A stretch of DNA of 64,000 nt from contig CBDCTZ010000011.1 in assembly GCA_965222375.1 (NCBI GenBank), positions 320,001 to 384,000 of the forward strand, given 5' to 3'. The notes under the pieces are model-generated. The model was not told where the DNA came from. It made no database searches and saw nothing but the letters and a program-made list of their open reading frames with translations. The DNA comes from Polyangiaceae bacterium (GTDB lineage: Bacteria > Myxococcota_A > Polyangia > Polyangiales > Polyangiaceae). Of the stretch, positions 27,351 through 37,243 are shown in pieces. The translations under genes and the position numbers were made by a program. Each line of letters opens with the position of its first letter. The stretch's first letter is position 1.

Positions 27351-28664
27351 TTAGAACTTTACGTTCACCGGTGAAAGCTGCGGCGTCTTGCTACCATCCC
27401 CCAGTTGGCCATTGTCGTTCTTGCCCCAACACTTCATTCCGCCGGAACTGGTCACGGCGCAGCTGTGCGTGCCGCCAGGTGCTAGATTCGCAATCCCAGC
27501 GCCGAGCCCAGAGACGGGGATGGGCTTGAGACGCTGCATCTTGGTGCCGTCCCCCAATTGGCCGTCGCTGTTGTCGCCCCAACACCAAGCGGCGCCCGTC
27601 GCATCGACTGCGCAGCTTCGGCTGTGGCCAGCCGCCACCCGAGAAACTCCCGAGCCAAGTCCAGAGACGTCAGTGGGCACGGCGCGATCCATCTTGGTGC
27701 CGTCCCCCAATTGGCCGTTTTCGTTGAACCCCCAGCACTTGACCGCACCAGTTGCGGCCAATGAACAGGTATGCGCATCCCCCGCAGATATCGCGGTCAC
27801 ACCGCTACTCAGCCCGGAAACGTCTACCAGAGTCTTGCGCGGGAGCTTCGTGCCATCACCAAGCTGACCTGAACCATTGCTTCCCCAACACTTCACCGCT
27901 CCCGCTTTTGTGAGAGCGCAGGTATGATTCGCACCAGCTGAAACCGCAACGGCACCGGAACTCAGACCGAACACACTGACCGGTTTGATGCCCTCCGTCG
28001 TTGTTCCGTCACCTAGTTGGCCGGAATCGTTGTTGCCCCAGCACTTGACGCCGCCAGAGGAAGTGACGGCGCAGGCGTGAATGAAACCCGCAGCGATGGC
28101 GACGGCGCCAGAGCTCAGTCCAGAAACCGCTACCGGTGTCGGCTGCTTGGTCTTGGTGCCGTCTCCCAACTCGGCGTGGTCGTTCTTGCCCCAACACTTG
28201 ACCGCCCCTGCGGTGGTGAGCGCGCAGGTGAAGTGGAAACCGGCAGCAATGGCGCTAACCCCGGAACCGAGGCCTGCGACGTCGTCCGGTTGCGTTGGCC
28301 ATGCCTGGGATGCATTGCCGACCTGCCCGTAGAGGTTGAAACCCCAACACTTGACGCCACCGGAGGAAGTCAGCGCGCAGGTGTGAATTCCCCCAGCTGT
28401 TGCGGCGGCCACGACAATGCCCGAGCCACCCGCGCCGCCACTTCCGCTTGAACCGGCGACTCCCCCCCCTCCGCCAGCACCACCGCTACTCGACCCGCCG
28501 CTGGCGCCGGAGCTTCCCCCAGTTTCGCCACCGCCTCCGCTGCCGGCGGTGCCGCCACTGCCAGCCCCGCCTGAACTGGTGTTCGCAGGCGCGCTCTCGT
28601 CACTGCCGCACGCCACAGTCGCGATCAGAAGGAGCGCAAAGGCTCCATGCTCACACCTCATCAC
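27351..28664 (-). CDS. RCC1-repeat lipoprotein
   Basis: Seven repeats of the form HTCALTxxGxVKCWGxNxxGQLGDG. Lipobox TVAC, Gly-rich linker. Confidence 0.93.
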   Translation of the reverse strand: MMRCEHGAFALLLIATVACGSDESAPANTSSGGAGSGGTAGSGGGGETGGSSGASGGSSSGGAGGGGGVAGSSGSGGAGGSGIVVAAATAGGIHTCALTSSGGVKCWGFNLYGQVGNASQAWPTQPDDVAGLGSGVSAIAAGFHFTCALTTAGAVKCWGKNDHAELGDGTKTKQPTPVAVSGLSSGAVAIAAGFIHACAVTSSGGVKCWGNNDSGQLGDGTTTEGIKPVSVFGLSSGAVAVSAGANHTCALTKAGAVKCWGSNGSGQLGDGTKLPRKTLVDVSGLSSGVTAISAGDAHTCSLAATGAVKCWGFNENGQLGDGTKMDRAVPTDVSGLGSGVSRVAAGHSRSCAVDATGAAWCWGDNSDGQLGDGTKMQRLKPIPVSGLGAGIANLAPGGTHSCAVTSSGGMKCWGKNDNGQLGDGSKTPQLSPVNVKF

Positions 28665-28837
28665 AGATTCTCCTTTGCTCAGTCTACCCGTGAGTAAACC
28701 TGGACGGTAGCGCTATGTGCCGCTGCGAAGCCACTCGTCCCAGCGCTACGCAGCTCCCGAGCTGCCCTCAGCGTCCCACTCGTGCCGCCCGAACCGCCGG
28801 CTCCCGATGCGCCGCCGGCGCATCATCGCGTCAACGC

Positions 28838-29599
28838 TCAAAACGAGTAGCCCACTTGAGCGATGAAACGGAGTGGGAAATCCAACCAAGTGTCGCCGTC
28901 GCCATCGCGAGACGAGGCGCGAGCCAGCATGATGCCACCGCCAAATCCGAGAACGAAGCCGCTCGATTTGCCAGGCGGGGAGAACACCATCTGTCCACCC
29001 AGGTCGACGCCAACCTGAAGCGTGCGTTCGCGGTCGCCAGTGTCCAGATAGTGAATGAAGTCTCCGATGACCGTAGGACCAATGTAGAAACCCGCGGCCT
29101 TTTCGTGGCTGGTGTAGTAGCGAAAGCCCAGTTCGGCGCCGTACGCTTCGAAATCCTTGAAGCAAAGAACGCAGTCTCCCGTGCGATTCCGATCCCGCGG
29201 CCTTCGATCCGAACGCCAATAGTGGGGTGCGACCAGAAACGCGAAGTGCGCGGAGGGCATGTACTCGACATCAACGCTGTAGCGCTCCAGCAGCAGCCCG
29301 AGCGGATTGAACTTGATATACCACTGCGGAAAGGACGGAGCCTTCGGCGCTGCCCTTTCTGGCGGCCAAACGTATGGGGTTGCAGCAGCGTACGCCGGCG
29401 CTGGCGGCGGATAGACCGGTGCCGATTGTGAATAACCGGGCGCTGCTGGTGGATGGGCGGCTACTGGCGGATGAGCGGCTGCTGGTGGGGATTGCGCCGA
29501 CGCTGCAGGGGGATGAGGCGATGTTGAAGAACCGGCTGGTGTGGTCGCTTGGGCGAAAATCAAGGCAACCGAAGGGAGCATTGAAAGTAGTTTGTGCAA
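28838..29599 (-). CDS. Putative outer-membrane beta-barrel protein (DUF3575-like)
   Basis: Signal peptide, Pro-rich linker, KFNPLGLL, amphipathic strands, C-terminal VGYSF. Confidence 0.7.
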   Translation of the reverse strand: MHKLLSMLPSVALIFAQATTPAGSSTSPHPPAASAQSPPAAAHPPVAAHPPAAPGYSQSAPVYPPPAPAYAAATPYVWPPERAAPKAPSFPQWYIKFNPLGLLLERYSVDVEYMPSAHFAFLVAPHYWRSDRRPRDRNRTGDCVLCFKDFEAYGAELGFRYYTSHEKAAGFYIGPTVIGDFIHYLDTGDRERTLQVGVDLGGQMVFSPPGKSSGFVLGFGGGIMLARASSRDGDGDTWLDFPLRFIAQVGYSF

Positions 29600-29811
29600 G
29601 CGCTGTGCCTCGATTCAGCGCAGCGAACACCGGAGGATCCCACAGCGAGACGAGCGCCTGTGCCGGGAGGTAACGGTTGCTGAATGCAAGGCGACCACTT
29701 TGTGGCTTCTTCGCTACACCAGTGGTCCGCGCGCCTGTGGCCCACGGCAACGGGGTGCTAGCTCTCACGTGAGGCGAACTCGGCTTCCGTGCGCAGTTCG
29801 TGGGCGAGTGG

Positions 29812-30570
29812 CTATTCGAGCAACGCTGCGGCGCGCACTTGCTCGAAGAGTAACGCGTGGCCTGCGTCGTTGATGTGCACGCCGTCCCCGGAGTCGTAGG
29901 CCGCAAGCACGCGGCCGTCGCTGTCGGCGATCGGTGTCCAGAAGTCAATCGTGCGGGGCGCGTAGCGTTGAGTGATCACGTCCCGCATCTGCGCGAGCGC
30001 GCTGCGATCCTGGTCGTCTTTGAAATTGCGTGGCTGCGTCGTGGCGATCCAGATGGGCACCTTGGCCTCGGCCGCGGCCGCGACGACGCGGTCGAAGTTT
30101 TCGACTTGCTCGGCCTGGGAATAACCTCTGTCCTGATCGTTACTGGGCAGGTTCACGACGATCGCGGTCGGGCGCGTCTCCAGCGCTGCGGTGATGTTCT
30201 TGCCGACGGCCGGAATGGTACGGTCGCTGGGTGGTTCGAAGTCGCTTGGCTGAACGGCGTAGGTCGTGAAGCCGGGGAAAGCCAGGTTGACCAGCTCCGC
30301 GCCGGGCCGCTCAGCCTCGAGATGGACTCGGTAGCGCTCGACCCAGCTGTTGCTCGCGTCCTTGGGTCCCACCCCAAAGGCAGTGGACGAACCCAACACC
30401 GTGATCCGGGGCGGCCCTCGTTCGACCTCTGCATCCTCGCCGCCGCATCCCACGCAGACGACGAACAACAGACGGGCGGGCCGCCCTGCGCGCCAACGCG
30501 CTGCGCGGAATACCCCGAACGTGTCCACGCTGCGGAGCCTAGCACGCGCACGCTCACGTTTACGGGCCAC
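29812..30570 (-). CDS. SGNH/GDSL hydrolase (true start probably downstream of 30570)
   Basis: Blocks LGSSTAFG, NLAFPG, PSND, DGVH. The N-terminal RKRERARAR stretch looks like translation of adjacent repeat DNA. Confidence 0.88.
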   Translation of the reverse strand: MARKRERARARLRSVDTFGVFRAARWRAGRPARLLFVVCVGCGGEDAEVERGPPRITVLGSSTAFGVGPKDASNSWVERYRVHLEAERPGAELVNLAFPGFTTYAVQPSDFEPPSDRTIPAVGKNITAALETRPTAIVVNLPSNDQDRGYSQAEQVENFDRVVAAAAEAKVPIWIATTQPRNFKDDQDRSALAQMRDVITQRYAPRTIDFWTPIADSDGRVLAAYDSGDGVHINDAGHALLFEQVRAAALLE

Positions 30571-30585
30571 GCCTATGTGGGACGT

Positions 30586-30627
30586 CTACGCCTACGGGAA
30601 CGGGAGACGGGAACACGTTGACGGGCG
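30586..30627 (+). repeat. Family B repeat, left-arm fragment
   Basis: CTACGCCTACGGGAACGGGAGACGGGAACACGTTGACGGGCG matches the left arms at 35298 and 44611. Confidence 0.65.
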
Positions 30628-30636
30628 TCGGGCAGT

Positions 30637-31290
30637 CTATGGGGACTTGGGCTTGCAGTCGTGGTCGAAGTGGTGGCTCGAGCCGCCGCCAGGCGCGAGC
30701 TCGTAGCCGTCTACGCCATAGCTGATGTCGGCCAGTGCTTTCGCTGACGCTCCCGCCGCGATCGCCTGCTTCCACAGCTCGGCCGCGCTACATTTGGGGG
30801 CCAGATTTGGCGCCTTCGCGTAAACGTCCTTGGGTGCCGGGGCCTTGACGTTCACGCCGGAGAGCTTCTCGGTAACGACTTCGAAGATCCGTGCCGTGGC
30901 GCCTTTCGCCATCGGCGCTGGGTTACGTCCCATGCCCAGATGCCGCTCTTTGGATTTCCTGTTGCTGGCCCCCCGGGAGGAGAGCACGATCCGTGGCTTC
31001 TTGACCTCGACCGTGACGTGGAAGTAATCACCACCTGCGTTGGTCACGAAGGTGTGATCCACCCGGGCTCTGCCGTCGCTGCTGAAGGGGATCTTACCGT
31101 TGGCAGGCACCCGCAACGCCGTCATTTTGACCAGCTTCGGCGCCTTCCCGGCGTAGGCCGCCACCTTCGGAACCAAAGCGAAGGGTGTGTACGCTGCCAA
31201 ATCCCCGGGAGGCTTCGTTGTGTTGGCCATGTCCGTTACGCAACCACATAGGGCCACCGCTGACAGCCCTACCAACCCCAACCTCCACAT
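30637..31290 (-). CDS. Hypothetical lipoprotein
   Basis: Signal peptide MWRLGLVGLSAVALCGC. Confidence 0.65.
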   Translation of the reverse strand: MWRLGLVGLSAVALCGCVTDMANTTKPPGDLAAYTPFALVPKVAAYAGKAPKLVKMTALRVPANGKIPFSSDGRARVDHTFVTNAGGDYFHVTVEVKKPRIVLSSRGASNRKSKERHLGMGRNPAPMAKGATARIFEVVTEKLSGVNVKAPAPKDVYAKAPNLAPKCSAAELWKQAIAAGASAKALADISYGVDGYELAPGGGSSHHFDHDCKPKSP

Positions 31291-31387
31291 TAACCGGAGG
31301 CTAGCATGGATCAGTCCCCGCCTGACGTGGATGGTGGGCGTCTCCTGAGGCTAGACCAGCGGCGGCGTATCGCCGCCCGAACGCATG

Positions 31388-31443
31388 ACTTGTACATCAA
31401 CGCGCCCTAGGGCCGACCGGTCACGTGGAACTGCGTCGTGGTG
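31388..31443 (+). repeat. 56-bp direct repeat, copy 1 (copy 2 at 32395-32450)
   Basis: ACTTGTACATCAACGCGCCCTAGGGCCGACCGGTCACGTG is identical for 40 bp. 53/56 overall. Confidence 0.9.
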
Positions 31444-31466
31444 CGCCGTGGCGCTCTGAACTCGGT

Positions 31467-32396
31467 TCATAGCGGCGCAATTCGAGACGTGTAGATCTTG
31501 ATTTCGTCGAAGTCGGCATCCGCGGCGGTCGCGGGAGAGGCGCTCGAGCCCAGTTGGATCTTGCTGCCGGAGCCGTTGATGGCAGGTACCATGCCGAGTG
31601 TCTTTGCGTCGTCTTTCTTTCCGCTGACGTAAATGTTGATCTTGTCGTTGGGGTCGTTGAAGTCCCAGTTGATCACGATGTGGGTCCAAACCCCCTGGCT
31701 CAGCGTGTAGCTGCCCCCATCGATAGCTTTGCCGATCTCTGCCGGCGGCAAGCTCGTATTGAACCGGACCGCCAAGCTTGCGTTGTCCTGCTTGGTGACG
31801 CTCATGCCGCCGCCCGGAGTTCCGAGCCCATCGGTCACAATCAATTCTCGCAGCCCGGGGTCGGTGTGATCCCAGTTGGGCCGCAGCCAAAACGCGATGG
31901 TTCCCTTCGTGAAATCCAGCACAGCTGCAGGCCAGACCGCGAAAGTCCCCTGCAAGCCAGTCAGGGCCAGGGACTTTCCGCACTTACCACCAGTCTGAAA
32001 GCTGGCGTTGCCACTGATGGCGCCAGACGGTCCGATGGCGGATGGGTTCATCTCCGCGTCCGAGTTCAACGTCGAGTACAGGCTCGGCTGCGGTTGATCG
32101 GTGGAGGGAACGCCGCAACCCACTAGGTCCACCGCAGTGCTGCCGCTCCCGGACGCGCCCGCGAACCCGCCAGTGGAGCCCGCAGCGCCTGCGGTGCCGC
32201 CACTACTTCCAGCGGCTCCACCACTTGCGCCGCCACTCCCACCCGCCGCGCCGCCCGTGCCGCCGGTTGCGTCTTTCGTGACGGATTTTGAGGTGCAGGC
32301 AGCAAGTGAAAGCGCGAGCAATGTCGCGGCAACGCGCGCGGTCGTGAGGACTCTGCGAGGCACAAAGGCAGGATACCACGCCGCGCTCGAGCGCAC
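31467..32396 (-). CDS. LamG/concanavalin-A-like domain lipoprotein (start may be GTG 32363)
   Basis: Lipobox LAAC, GKCGKSL, GTIAFWLRPNW, WTHIVINWD, INIYVSG, FDEIKIY. Confidence 0.8.
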   Translation of the reverse strand: MRSSAAWYPAFVPRRVLTTARVAATLLALSLAACTSKSVTKDATGGTGGAAGGSGGASGGAAGSSGGTAGAAGSTGGFAGASGSGSTAVDLVGCGVPSTDQPQPSLYSTLNSDAEMNPSAIGPSGAISGNASFQTGGKCGKSLALTGLQGTFAVWPAAVLDFTKGTIAFWLRPNWDHTDPGLRELIVTDGLGTPGGGMSVTKQDNASLAVRFNTSLPPAEIGKAIDGGSYTLSQGVWTHIVINWDFNDPNDKINIYVSGKKDDAKTLGMVPAINGSGSKIQLGSSASPATAADADFDEIKIYTSRIAPL

Positions 32397-32450
32397 TTGT
32401 ACATCAACGCGCCCTAGGGCCGACCGGTCACGTGAAACTGCATCGAGGTG
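32395..32450 (+). repeat. 56-bp direct repeat, copy 2
   Basis: Matches 31388-31443. Overlaps the 3' end and stop of ORF 32414..32677. Confidence 0.9.
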
Positions 32451-32677
32451 GCTTTCCGGAACGGGCTGGGCCGAGTGGAGCGGGTCGGCATCAGGAACAC
32501 ACTCACACTCAGTCCGTCCTTAAAGAACGTTAGCGTCGCGCCGTCAGGCTTTCTTGTCGTCTGGCCCTCGGTGTAGCCGGCCGCGACGAACCCCTGGCGC
32601 AGGCTGAACTCCTGCTTGAGCCGCACGTCGTTGCTGCCCCAATAGCCTAGCTCCAGAGCGCATCGACGTGGCCCCAC
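32414..32677 (-). CDS. Hypothetical protein or gene fragment
   Basis: Protein-like composition but a poor start. Its C-terminus QFHVTGRP* is also encoded by the repeat copy at 31388. Confidence 0.35.
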   Translation of the reverse strand: MGPRRCALELGYWGSNDVRLKQEFSLRQGFVAAGYTEGQTTRKPDGATLTFFKDGLSVSVFLMPTRSTRPSPFRKATSMQFHVTGRP

Positions 32678-32733
32678 GCAACCCTGATTCGCGGCGCCCT
32701 AGTTCTCGGTGGCTCATTGTCACGGTCGCAATC

Positions 32734-32833
32734 ACGCGGCACCCTCTCGGAGCACCGCGCTTTCCATTCACGAGCTTGTCGCGTCATCGAGACGCGAAGC
32801 GCATGAGCACCACGAACTCAGAAGCCCATGCCG
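32734..32833 (-). other. Relic copy of the groEL 3' end and terminator
   Basis: Aligns with 45035-45136. The 18 bp ACTCAGAAGCCCATGCCG (GMGF-stop on the minus strand) are identical. Confidence 0.85.
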
Positions 32834-32886
32834 GGGACGCCCGGCGGTTGGATGAGGGTCTGAAGCCGTCTACACTCGAGAGCGAC

Positions 32887-33174
32887 ATGCAGGAACTCGG
32901 TCGGACGCTCGGACTGTGCGGGTTGATTCTCTTCGGCTTGGGTGGCATCTGCTATTGCTTCTTGCTCGCTGCTTTCCTCGCCGAGAAGGCAAAAGGCGGC
33001 TACTCCGATTACGTCGGCTACGTGTTCAGAAACCCCGGCGCTTTCTTCACATTCGTCTTCAGGGAGCTCAAGCCAGACGATTGGCGCAAGAGGCTCGTGA
33101 TTCCCTGGATCGTTCTGTGCGCGATCGGCACCGCTCTGATCGTAGCAGGGGCCGTTATCGACCCGACCTCGTGA
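32887..33174 (+). CDS. Small two-TM membrane protein
   Basis: ATG 32887 and two hydrophobic helices. Confidence 0.6.
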   Translation: MQELGRTLGLCGLILFGLGGICYCFLLAAFLAEKAKGGYSDYVGYVFRNPGAFFTFVFRELKPDDWRKRLVIPWIVLCAIGTALIVAGAVIDPTS

Positions 33175-33210
33175 CGTCCCGCGGCGGCGGGCTCGCGGGA
33201 GAATCAGTGT

Positions 33211-34119
33211 TTGAAGGAACTAGAGGAGGCCCGAACCAGGGTGGATGACCCGGAACTTGGAAAGTGCAGGCATTGCGGCGGCGAGCAGCCACTTAACCTC
33301 CATGAGCCGCCTGACGGCTGTCCGTTCTGCGGCGGCGCCGAGCCGCTTCCTGTTGCGTTAGCGGAGCGGCTTTCGGATCTCCGCGCCGCAATCAAGCAGC
33401 GGGCGCGGCGCGAACACCAAATCGTCGCCTCCCAACTGCGACTGATTGAAGACTTTGGTTTGTGGAATGCCTGCGCCCCACCACTCGTCGCCGTCTGCAT
33501 GGTCGTTCCGATGTTGTTTGTCGTGTCATCAGACCTGCCGCCCGAGATCTCGTTGTTTCGGTTCTTGTTCCTCGAGTCCGTCACGGACGAGATCGCGCCG
33601 GGGAAATTCCTCGTCGGCATGTGGTGGAGCTTTTATGCGATCGTCGCGTACACCACGGCGAGTGCGTGGCTGTGGATGTGCGTCGGGGCGTTCATGAGGC
33701 GCGTCTACCGATTCACGGCTCCGCTGGAGCCCGGGGAAGACGGCGCCTTGGGCTGTCGACTGTGCGGGGCGCCACTGCCGCGCAGCGGCGCCATCGTGCG
33801 GCGCTGTGACTATTGCGGGGCCGATCACCTCTTGGCTCGGGCGGCATATCGCCGCCGCGCGCGGACGTTCGAGCGGGCACTCACCGACGCGGAGAAAGCG
33901 GTTTCCGCCAGCGTCAGCCGGCGCAACCGATTGGGTGAGGGGCTTCGCCAAGGGACGCTAGGAATCTCGATCTTTGGATTGATTACCGCCTTGACGACGG
34001 GTGCGTGGCTGGACGAACCGACGCGCCCCTTTTGGATGATCGCGACCACCGGAGGTTTGGTGGCCATCGCTCCCGCACGGTCCCTGCTCAAGCGGATCGT
34101 CTCGGCAGGCGCGGCGTAG
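33211..34119 (+). CDS. Membrane protein with two zinc-ribbon-like CxxC pairs
   Basis: CRHC/CPFC and CRLC/CDYC, with about four TM segments. Confidence 0.65.
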   Translation: MKELEEARTRVDDPELGKCRHCGGEQPLNLHEPPDGCPFCGGAEPLPVALAERLSDLRAAIKQRARREHQIVASQLRLIEDFGLWNACAPPLVAVCMVVPMLFVVSSDLPPEISLFRFLFLESVTDEIAPGKFLVGMWWSFYAIVAYTTASAWLWMCVGAFMRRVYRFTAPLEPGEDGALGCRLCGAPLPRSGAIVRRCDYCGADHLLARAAYRRRARTFERALTDAEKAVSASVSRRNRLGEGLRQGTLGISIFGLITALTTGAWLDEPTRPFWMIATTGGLVAIAPARSLLKRIVSAGAA

Positions 34120-34143
34120 GCGTCCCCGTCTCCGTCGATCCGC
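34115..34143 (+). repeat. Family B repeat, right-arm fragment
   Basis: CGTAGGCGTCCCCGTCTCCGTCGATCCGC matches the right arm near 44910-44940. Confidence 0.55.
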
Positions 34144-34205
34144 ATCCCCTCTGCGACCGCGTACCGAGCCGTCATGCTCAGGAGCAATGCCGCGCGAGCA
34201 GTGCC

Positions 34206-34972
34206 TTACGTGCCAGCCTGGTAGTACAGCGTGTACTTCCCGCGATGGATTGCCAACCGGACCTCTTCGATTTCAAAGTCGACAGGAGCGCCGTCCAGGA
34301 CGAGCAAGACTTGGTCGTTGAACTGCTTCATGTTCGGATTAGCACACGGCGTGCCGTCATAGGCGAACCCATCAAAGGTCATCTTCGAGCCGTCGACGAA
34401 GTACTTCCCGGTTCCCGTTTGACAACCCGTCTCGATGGAAACCGTTCCGCTACTATCGAAGTATGCGGTCACGTTCGGTGAACCCGGACCGCTCGCCAGC
34501 TTGCCGTTGCTGAATCCGTCGCTACGCCACTGCGTGCCGACGAGCGGTCGGTTCGGGCTGGCAACCTCCCGGTCGAGCAGGGTCATCTGTGCCGAGGATG
34601 TGGTCATCTTCAAGCGGGGCTCCACGAGCTCGAGCTTGGGCTTGGCGCGTAGGAAGCTCACGAGCCAGTCGTCTTGGGCGTGACGGGGTCCACTGCGGTC
34701 ATGCCGTAGCCGGGTAGCGAGAGTTTGCTGTCGGTGACGCTGAACGTGGCATTGATAGAATTGCAGCCAGCGCTCGCCGAAAGTTCCTGATCGCGAAAGC
34801 GCAGGCGCACCTCGGTCCCCGCCACCAACTGCCAGCCCCCAACGCTCTCGGAGACAAAGGTGCGCCCATTCAGAGCCGCCTCCATGCCTCCCACGGGACC
34901 GCCGTCGCTAGAGCCGCTGCAACCGCACAGCAGGAGTCCCCCAAGCAGCAGGTGCGATGATCTTGCCGACAC
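34206..34972 (-). pseudogene. Frameshifted META/HslJ-domain lipoprotein (paralogue of 41485..42261)
   Basis: Split into ORFs 34658..35020 and 34206..34661. Between the codons for GYG and HAQD there are 20 nt here versus 30 nt in the intact copy. Confidence 0.85.
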
Positions 34973-35297
34973 ATGCCAAGTTTGACCCCAGCTTGCGGTC
35001 AGCGCACCAGCGGAATGCACGCGACGCGGTCGACACCAGAGCTTGCATGATCGATCTCACCACTGAGCGTGGCCGCGCACCGGTGTGTGGCCGACAGCGA
35101 CCAGCGGGATGAACCCGCAATGCGCAATGTACCGAGTGCTGTGCCGCGTCAGATGACCCATCGTCGTCGCCGGCGGGCTATCCCACCCCCAATGAGGCCG
35201 GCGACAGCCTCGTGCCGCGAAGGGCGTCCAAGCTGGCATCCGCCGTCCGCGTCTGCGCCGCCGTTCGCTGCACAGGTCGAACCTCAGCCGCTCCGGG

Positions 35298-35481
35298 CAC
35301 GCCCACGCCTACGTGGACGCCCACGGGCACGGGTACGGGAGACGGGAACGTTGACGGGCGACGTTCACGATGTGTTGGCATGACGAAACCGTTCCCGTTC
35401 CGGTTTTTGCGTCTGCGTTCTTGCGTAGGCGTAGGCGTCCTCGTTCCCGTAGGTGCCCCCGTCTCCGTCAATCTGCCCACC
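35298..35481. repeat. Family B imperfect palindromic hexamer-rich repeat, full copy
   Basis: ACGCCC/ACGGG arms, core GTGTTGGCATGACGAAACCGTTCCCGT, end CCCGTCTCCGTCAATCTGCCCACC. Confidence 0.8.
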
Positions 35482-35542
35482 GGAATGGATCAATACATCG
35501 CTGACACTTTCGTGACGGTTGGCAGCGGGTGAATAGGGGGGC

Positions 35543-36454
35543 CTACACCCACGGCCCGCCAGGTGCCCAGCACTTAGCGAATGCCGACCCCGTTGTCGCG
35601 GCTGCAAGCGGCTCCTCGACGAAGCGGGCAATCGTGGCCGCGACGTCGCGAAGCGCCCCGGGGCTTGGGGCGCCCGACTTTCGCAGGAACGCGCCCCACT
35701 GCGTTATCTTCATGCGGTCGTCTGTGAACTCCAGCGTGAGTGCCACGGGCAGTCCCGTGGGCAGCGGTGTTCCCCTGCGAGCAAACGTTGCTGCGATAGC
35801 CCGAACGAGCAGTTCTCCATCGAAGGCGAACATCTGCGAGAGAACAATGAGGTCGTAGAAGTCTTTCATGCGGCTGTTTGCCTGGTCGAGCTTCACCATC
35901 GCCTCGAGCTTTTCGGCCACGACGGTCTCGCGCGGGTAGGCGCGCAGTCTCGGAGCGGGGAAGTCGAGCAGTGGCGGGAAGTCCACCTTCACGGCGTCGG
36001 GAGTGATCGCGTCGCCAAAGCCGACGTCGACTTGCAGTCGAACCTTGGCGCTGGTCACCTGGGCGATCAGCAGGACGCGGACCCCACCGTAGTCCTGCTC
36101 CTCGCGGATGGGGCCCACCTCAATCGTGGTTGCGTCGAAACGAACGCCGTCATCGTCAACCTCCATGGCGACGATTTCGGCGAACGCGGAGCGGATGTAC
36201 TCTTCGCTCGGATCGCCCAGGCCAAGGAGGTCAACGTCGCGTGTCGCTCGGTGAGGCTCGCCGGTCCAGAGCGTGAAGAGCGTGGCGCCTTTGAGTACGA
36301 ACCGAGACGCGTGCGCGGAGCTCGCGAGACGATAGAGCAACCGCTCGTTCGCGTAGCGCGTGAGGACGAGCTGGAAGTCTTCTCCCCGCTCGCGCGCGAG
36401 TCGCAACAGGCGCGAGCGCACGGATGCGCCGACGTCCTTGGGCGACTTTGTCAT
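35543..36454 (-). CDS. abiEii: Type IV toxin-antitoxin/abortive infection nucleotidyltransferase toxin, AbiEii family
   Basis: FVLKGATL, RATRDVD, AEKLEAM, RMKDFYDL. ATGA overlap with the antitoxin gene. Confidence 0.92.
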   Translation of the reverse strand: MTKSPKDVGASVRSRLLRLARERGEDFQLVLTRYANERLLYRLASSAHASRFVLKGATLFTLWTGEPHRATRDVDLLGLGDPSEEYIRSAFAEIVAMEVDDDGVRFDATTIEVGPIREEQDYGGVRVLLIAQVTSAKVRLQVDVGFGDAITPDAVKVDFPPLLDFPAPRLRAYPRETVVAEKLEAMVKLDQANSRMKDFYDLIVLSQMFAFDGELLVRAIAATFARRGTPLPTGLPVALTLEFTDDRMKITQWGAFLRKSGAPSPGALRDVAATIARFVEEPLAAATTGSAFAKCWAPGGPWV

Positions 36455-37056
36455 GCAAGCGCCTCGAGGTAGGGCCGCATGAAGGTATAGATTCGATCGG
36501 CGCGCGCCGCCTCGACGAGGGTATTCATGCCGCCCCGATGCGCGCGGAGGTAGTCGCGCAGTGCAGCGAGGGCGATATCGAGGCCCACGTGCTGCCTGTA
36601 GCGGAAGCAGTCGGCGACGGTCTTCGCTGGGCTGGTGACCCGTACCTTCACGCCCTCCACCTCGCGCGTCTCGATGCCGTGCGTGAGGGCGCGGCCGCTT
36701 GCGCGAACGACCTTGAGCTTGGGATAGGAGAGCTTGGGCATGCGCGCGTGGCGGTCAATCATCACCCACACAGCATGCGGCACCTCGGCCGTCAGCTCGT
36801 GAAGCTGCAGCGCACTGAGTAGGCAGATGGTCGCGTGCGGCACGCGCACGGTGACCTCGGCGAGGGAGTGCAGCTCAGTGATGGGTGCGTCCGCCAGTCG
36901 ATAGACGCCGCGGTCGACCTGTTCCAGCACCCCCCGATCACAGAGTCGGCGCAGGTAGACCCGCGGGATGCCCGCTTTGGCCAGGTCGCGAGCGCGAACC
37001 GGACCTTTGCGGGCGAGCCGAAGGAGTGCGTCCGTTCTTGTGGCATCGGCCGGCAT
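36451..37056 (-). CDS. abiEi: Type IV antitoxin, AbiEi family
   Basis: N-terminal wHTH (GVLEQVDRGVYRL), ICLLSALQLHELT, VTSPAKTVADCFRYR. Confidence 0.92.
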   Translation of the reverse strand: MPADATRTDALLRLARKGPVRARDLAKAGIPRVYLRRLCDRGVLEQVDRGVYRLADAPITELHSLAEVTVRVPHATICLLSALQLHELTAEVPHAVWVMIDRHARMPKLSYPKLKVVRASGRALTHGIETREVEGVKVRVTSPAKTVADCFRYRQHVGLDIALAALRDYLRAHRGGMNTLVEAARADRIYTFMRPYLEALA

Positions 37057-37058
37057 GA

Positions 37059-37123
37059 TGCGAAACGTCGGTCGTTGATAATTTCGACATACGTTTTGTA
37101 ACATCATGGGGACCGTTTGGCAA
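37059..37123 (-). promoter_or_regulatory. sigma70-like promoter of the abiE operon with overlapping imperfect inverted repeat
   Basis: Minus strand TTGCCA (37123-37118), 17 bp spacer, TG-extended TACAAA (37100-37095). Arms TGCGAAACGT and ACGTTTTGTA pair at 8/10. Confidence 0.5.
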
Positions 37124-37243
37124 GTGAGCCATTCGCCAATACAGAGCTAATCTTGCCTGTTGGGCGTCGCCTCCCGGGGGCGGGGCGGGACGTATCCGCC
37201 CACCCCCGGGGTTGGCACTAGCTCGTCCGATTCGCGCATCGTG

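Noticed and set aside
27351..28664. RCC1 lipoprotein as the cluster's immunity gene
   Set aside because: It is convergent to the cluster and of a type common in myxobacteria. No supporting evidence.
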